Positions 59,163 to 64,000 of a stretch of 64,000 nucleotides of DNA are shown here, one piece after another. Origin of the DNA: Balanoglossus misakiensis (lineage: Eukaryota > Animalia > Hemichordata); assembly GCA_040954595.2 (NCBI GenBank), contig CM082589.2, positions 2,600,075-2,664,074 on the forward strand. The letters run 5' to 3'. Below the pieces are notes generated by a model. That model saw nothing but the letters and a program-made list of their open reading frames with translations. It had not been told where the DNA came from and made no database searches. Numbering within the stretch: position 1 is the first letter of the stretch; each line of letters opens with the position of its first letter. Made by a program: the position numbers and the translations under genes.

Positions 59163-60113
59163 GTGAGATGGATATGTGTCTGTTAGTGTAGGTGTTTAGC
59201 TGCCCGGACCACAACTATGGATATCTAATATTTAAGGAGTCAACCTGTTAAACCTATCATGCATGGAAGTGCCATTCTAAATTAAGGAAAAGGTTATTTC
59301 ATAAAGTCTATAATTTTCTGACTGATTGTGTCAGTAATTTAAAGGCTAGATGTTTATTGTTGTGGATTAAAATTAACTGTACAATCTAACTGGGCTGTAA
59401 GGTATTATAGTAACCTGCTGGGCTTTAAGATATTTAGTACTAACGGTGGCATTGTGTGTATACACATACCAGTTCTTGTCGCAGCTTGTTTCCCTGCTTT
59501 GGCGTGTCTCCTTGGCCATTAAGGTTATGGCGGTAATAAACTTTGGCCCCATGCTAAGGCAATTTAATGAATTTTGAATGGGAGGATGGTTCATATTACA
59601 TGGAGATATTTCATCTACATTTGTGGAAGTTTTTAGATGTGGAAACATTTATATGCAAAGTTCAAAATTCAGTGACATGATTTGAAAAAAAATTCAGCAG
59701 ATACTCTGTGCACTAGCACTCCCATTAAGAAGTCAAACAAGCCTGATTTCTTCAGGTATAACTGGATGAGATGGAAATTGGCTACATCTAAGCAGAGTGA
59801 TTGATGAAAGTCAACAACGTCGTCGTAATGATTGTTTGCCATTGATTTGAGAGAAGCGAGTAATTTCAGGGAAGATTGTTAAAGATGAATGGTTGGATTG
59901 AATGCCAGAGAATGCATGGTGATTAGTGGAAAGGAACATAGCTTTGATAGGAGATATGATGGATTAACTTTCAAATGGATGCATACTTTGAAAATTAATG
60001 AGTCGGTTTCAGATGCATCACATGACTAAGTGTTCTTCATTTTTGGTTGATCACTGCTGGTTACAATTACCATCTGGTAATACATATTATCACATGATTC
60101 AACCAGTACGGAC

Positions 60114-60294
60114 TGTTATATTCTTAAGTACATTGATTCCAGCATAGCGCCATCAGTGGTGAACTTTATTCAAGCATTGTATTACCCATCAACCCTTGTT
60201 CATCATGGCTGCTCTCTAGTGAATAAACGTCAGTGTTATAGCCTACACAATCAAAGTCATCCAGTCATCTTTTAACCAGTGACATTGCTTTACA
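60114..60294 (+). repeat. Putative 5' LTR (~181 bp)
   Basis: Begins TGTTATA and ends TTTACA directly before the PBS. Internal AATAAA at ~60222. The 5' boundary is inferred because the 3' LTR is outside the window. Confidence 0.65.
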
Positions 60295-60307
60295 TGGTGG
60301 CAGCGGT
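60295..60307 (+). other. Primer-binding site, tRNA-Leu type
   Basis: TGGTGGCAGCGGT is complementary to the 3' end (..ACCGCUGCCACCA) of eukaryotic tRNA-Leu(AAG/UAG). Confidence 0.8.
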
Positions 60308-60388
60308 AAACTACGATACTGCGACTCCAGATACCCATACAAAAAAACACATAGACCGAAACAACCGGACATTTTTCAAGTCACAAAT

Positions 60389-63300
60389 ATGGCGTCATTA
60401 CAAGCCCAACTACCACCGCCACAGATGGACTGGGACGCCCCGGATATAACCATCGCCTTTTCGAGATTCAAACAAAAATGCGAACTTACATTCAAAAGTG
60501 CACTGAAAGAGGCTGCTGATGAAGAAAAGGTGAGCTACCTGTTACTATGGTCTGGTGAAAAGGGATTAGATATGTACAACAGTTGGACTTTTGATGATGA
60601 AGATGATAAAAAGAAACCTGACAAAATATTCGAAAAGTTTGCCACACATCTAGAGCCAAAATCCAACCACCGTATTCACCGATACAACTTTCAAGATCTG
60701 AAACAAAACCATGATGAGCCAATAGACAACTTCATCTCAAGAATGAAGAACCTCGCAGCAAAATGCAAATTCGGTAACGAAAAAGAAAAAAGGTTAGTGG
60801 ATCAACTGATTTGGGGCTCCTGTCATCACGAGGTGCAGAAACTACTAATCGGCCGTGACGAAACACTCACGCTGAAGGACGCAATAGATGTTGCCCGCAG
60901 TCATGAAGCCACTAGCAAACAAATGAAAACATTGAATAATAAACCAGAAAACCCAGTCAGCAACACAGTCGACGCCATAAAGAAACAACCCACTGATACC
61001 AAACCCACACAGCTGAAACAATGCACCAATTGTGGGAAGAAACATGATGCACTACCCAGACACAAATGCCCAGCATATGGTAGTCGATGTCACAGATGCG
61101 GAAAACAAAACCACTGGCAGTCGGTATGTCGATCAGACACGAACCAATATAGCCGCAGGCAAACCAATCCAACCAGGAGACAAATACATGACATTAGTCA
61201 ATATACCGATGATATTGAACAAGAAACTCTAACAATCGGCACAGTCCTGACAGATAATGACAACAAAGAAGAAATTTTCACCTTGTTGCGCATCGATCGG
61301 CCTAATATGAAACAGAAAATAGATCTAAAATGCAAAATCGACACAGGAGCACAAAGCAACATACTCCCAATCCGACTATACCGAATGATCTACCCAGACA
61401 AACTGGACAGTACCGGCAACCCAAAAGCAGGAGAACTACAGGATTCCAGGGTAATCCTAACAGCGTATGGTGGATCGAAGATCAAGCAACTAGGAACAGT
61501 AACAATTCCTTGCCAACACAGAGGAAGGAAATTCAACTGCATTTTCTACGTAACTGATGAGCCTGGTCCAGCCATACTCGGTTTGAAAGCATGCCAAGCA
61601 CTGAGCCTGATATCACTACACTACACGGTCACAAGAGAACAACCAGAGCCTGCCAGTCAGCACCAACAACCCAAACATATGACAAATCCAGTCAATCAGC
61701 AAAAGGAAGAACGTCCCAACTACATCAAAAGCACAACACCGTTGAAAGACCGACCACCAATACAAAACAAAGAACATTTAATGGAAATGTATCCTGACTG
61801 CTTTGATGACATTGTTGGATGTTTCACAGACTATACATACAATATCACGCTAGACCCAGAGATAACACCAGTAATACATGCAGCTCGTCGAGTACCTCTA
61901 GAATTAAGAGATAGACTTAAAGTAGAGCTCAAAGAAATGGAAGAAAAAGAAATAATCACCAAAGTGACCCAACCAACAGACTGGGTTAACTCACTAGTGA
62001 TCCGAGAAAAGGACAATGGCAGACTGCGATTGTGCCTAGACCCAAAAGACCTGAACAGGGCTATCAAGAGGGAACACCACCCAACACCGACCTTAGAGGA
62101 GATTACTCCTAAGCTATCTGGTGCAAAACTATTCAGCAAACTCGATGCCAAAAACGGGTACTGGAACGTCAAGTTGAACGAACAGTCATCACTGCTCACC
62201 ACTTTCAACACCCCATTCGGTCGCTACCGGTTCCTGCGCATGCCATTCGGCCTCAAAATGAGCCAGGACATATTCCAGTACAAGATAGATGAAGCATATC
62301 GTGACTGCAGCGGAGCCATCGGAATAACAGATGATGTCCAAGTATACGGTTATGATGAAGAGAACCATGACCTTCACCTCCATGAAGCCATGGAGAAAAC
62401 AAGACAGGCAGGAATCAAGCTGAACAAAGACAAATGCAAAATAAAAGTCACCGAGTGCAGTTTCTTTGGAAACCTGTACACAGATAAAGGAGTCAAGCCG
62501 AATCCAGAGAAAGTTCAAGCCATTGAGATGATGCGACCACCGAGTGATAAGAAAGAGCTTCGTACCTTTCTTGGGCTAGTAAACTACATGGGTCCATACA
62601 TCCCCAAACTGGCAGAACACACTGCTCCATTGAGGGAGCTCCTCCATGAAGATGTAAAGTTCAGGTGGACTGAATCACACACCATGCGATTCAACGCAAT
62701 CAAATGCCTAATCAGTGCAGACACAACACTGAAATACTATGACCAGAAGAAGCCAGTAACCTTAGAAGTTGACTCATCTGGCATAGGAATAGGAACCGTA
62801 CTGATACAGGACAACCGTCCAATTGCCTTCGCATCAAAGGCCCTGACACCTGCCGAAAGCAGATATGCAAACATTGAACGAGAGCTATTAGCAGTAGTAT
62901 ATGGCTGTGAGAAATTCCACACATACCTGTATGCCCGAAAATTCCAGGTTGTGAGTGACCACCGTCCACTAGAACAAATACACAAGAAAAACCTGACCCA
63001 AGCACCACCACGTCTACAGCGTATGTTACTTCGCTTACAGCCATATGACTTTGACATAGTATACAGGCCGGGCAGACAAATGGTAATAGCTGATGCACTA
63101 TCACGATTATCACCACATGACAAGAAAGAAATACCAGAAATGGAGGTAAAGATCCACCACCTGACAAACGTCACCCCAGTCAAACTGACACAAATCAGAG
63201 AAGAGACCGCAAAAGATGCCAAGCTCCAAATACTGACACAGCAAATACTGCATGGTTGGCCTGATAGTATAAAGAAAATACAACTAGCCATACGTGAATA

Positions 63301-64000
63301 CTGGACAATTCGCGATGACATATCAGTGGAGAACGGCATACTTCTAGTGGGCAGTCGGCTACTAATCCCCACAAGCATGAGACAGGACATACTGCACCAA
63401 ATCCACCAAGGGCACTTAGGAATGGAAAAGTGCAAACTTCGGGCCAAATCATGCGTATATTGGCCAGGGATCTACAAAGACATAGAACAAGCAGTCGCAA
63501 CGTGTGATGCATGCCAGAGATTCCAGAACTCGCAACAAAAAGAGCCCATGATCCCCACAGAAATCCCTCCAAGACCATGGCACACTGTAGGAGCTGATCT
63601 GTTCTACACAAATGACACGTGGCACCTCATCATCGCAGACTACTACTCGAAATTCCCGTTCATAAGAAAACTGGAAAACTTGCGAGCGAGCACAATACTG
63701 AGAGTTAGCAAAATCCTATTCTCAGAACAGGGCATTCCAGAAGTCCTCATCTGTGACAACGGCTCACAATTCACTGCCAGAGAATACCGGGCTTTCGCTG
63801 AACAATACGGTTTCAAAATCAAAACCTCATCGCCATATTACCCAAAAGGCCATGGTTTCATAGAACGCCACATCCAGACGGTTGAGAAGATACTCAACAA
63901 ATGCAAGGGAACTGGAGAAGACCCCAACATAGCAATGCTGTCGCTACGGGCAACGCCACTCAGTACTAACATAGCGTCACCAGCTGAATTACTAAACGGC
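60389..64000 (+). CDS. Gag-Pol polyprotein (>1204 aa, open to window end)
   Basis: ATG at 60389: MASLQAQLPPPQMDW... Two Cys/His knuckles (CTNCGKKH..C; CHRCGKQNHWQSVC), protease KIDTGAQSN, RT (RLCLDPKDLN, FSKLDAKNGYW, RMPFGL, GITDDV), RNase H (EVDSS, YANIERELLA, SDHRPL), integrase (HQGH..CDAC; GADLF, CDNGSQF, FIERHIQT, SPAELLNG in the same frame at the window end). Absent from the ORF track, consistent with no stop before the edge. Confidence 0.93.
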   Translation, partial: MASLQAQLPPPQMDWDAPDITIAFSRFKQKCELTFKSALKEAADEEKVSYLLLWSGEKGLDMYNSWTFDDEDDKKKPDKIFEKFATHLEPKSNHRIHRYNFQDLKQNHDEPIDNFISRMKNLAAKCKFGNEKEKRLVDQLIWGSCHHEVQKLLIGRDETLTLKDAIDVARSHEATSKQMKTLNNKPENPVSNTVDAIKKQPTDTKPTQLKQCTNCGKKHDALPRHKCPAYGSRCHRCGKQNHWQSVCRSDTNQYSRRQTNPTRRQIHDISQYTDDIEQETLTIGTVLTDNDNKEEIFTLLRIDRPNMKQKIDLKCKIDTGAQSNILPIRLYRMIYPDKLDSTGNPKAGELQDSRVILTAYGGSKIKQLGTVTIPCQHRGRKFNCIFYVTDEPGPAILGLKACQALSLISLHYTVTREQPEPASQHQQPKHMTNPVNQQKEERPNYIKSTTPLKDRPPIQNKEHLMEMYPDCFDDIVGCFTDYTYNITLDPEITPVIHAARRVPLELRDRLKVELKEMEEKEIITKVTQPTDWVNSLVIREKDNGRLRLCLDPKDLNRAIKREHHPTPTLEEITPKLSGAKLFSKLDAKNGYWNVKLNEQSSLLTTFNTPFGRYRFLRMPFGLKMSQDIFQYKIDEAYRDCSGAIGITDDVQVYGYDEENHDLHLHEAMEKTRQAGIKLNKDKCKIKVTECSFFGNLYTDKGVKPNPEKVQAIEMMRPPSDKKELRTFLGLVNYMGPYIPKLAEHTAPLRELLHEDVKFRWTESHTMRFNAIKCLISADTTLKYYDQKKPVTLEVDSSGIGIGTVLIQDNRPIAFASKALTPAESRYANIERELLAVVYGCEKFHTYLYARKFQVVSDHRPLEQIHKKNLTQAPPRLQRMLLRLQPYDFDIVYRPGRQMVIADALSRLSPHDKKEIPEMEVKIHHLTNVTPVKLTQIREETAKDAKLQILTQQILHGWPDSIKKIQLAIREYWTIRDDISVENGILLVGSRLLIPTSMRQDILHQIHQGHLGMEKCKLRAKSCVYWPGIYKDIEQAVATCDACQRFQNSQQKEPMIPTEIPPRPWHTVGADLFYTNDTWHLIIADYYSKFPFIRKLENLRASTILRVSKILFSEQGIPEVLICDNGSQFTAREYRAFAEQYGFKIKTSSPYYPKGHGFIERHIQTVEKILNKCKGTGEDPNIAMLSLRATPLSTNIASPAELLNG

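Larger units (their letters stand above)
60114..64000 (+). mobile_element. Ty3/Gypsy (Mag-like) LTR retrotransposon, truncated by window edge, intronic in otoferlin C
   Basis: Putative 5' LTR TGT...ACA at 60114-60294, PBS directly after it, then a single gag-pol ORF with domain order Gag-PR-RT-RNaseH-INT. Confidence 0.95.

Noticed and set aside
58985-59191. 68-aa ORF as an alternative first exon of otoferlin C
   Set aside because: A different frame with a good acceptor at 59101-59102 gives a phase-compatible 60-nt internal exon resembling the previous exon.
62712-63611. Minus-strand ORFs of 138-236 aa within the retrotransposon
   Set aside because: Antisense shadows of the pol frame with no recognisable motifs.

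Overview
Intron-rich, AT-rich animal genomic DNA. It looks like a marine invertebrate, possibly a non-vertebrate deuterostome, but that is inference only. Left to right I read five genes and one retroelement. (1) The 5' four exons of a CIB1/CIB4-type calcium- and integrin-binding gene (- strand, runs off the left edge). (2) Two compact, apparently intact tandem otoferlin paralogues on the - strand: copy A at 2292-19695 (47 coding exons per isoform, ~2073 aa) and copy B at 20337-35366 (44 exons, ~1959 aa). I assembled their exon chains by hand and all phases close. (3) A complete 4-exon CIMIP2C/FAM166C (C2orf70) gene (- strand, 200 aa). (4) The 5' end of a third, large-intron, more vertebrate-like otoferlin (copy C, + strand from 44403), head-to-head with CIMIP2C. 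(5) A young-looking Ty3/Gypsy (Mag-like) LTR retrotransposon in an intron of copy C, running off the right edge. The most notable observations: the CIB/OTOF/CIMIP2C neighbourhood matches the human 2p23.3 OTOF-CIMIP2C-CIB4 block, here with otoferlin triplicated; copy A has duplicated alternative transmembrane tail exons arranged like mammalian OTOF exons 47/48; both compact copies have 9-12 nt and 27 nt microexons; patchy gene-conversion-like tracts link A and B; paired RFX X-boxes sit in intron 1 of copy C. No database searches were possible, so family calls rest on recalled protein sequences.
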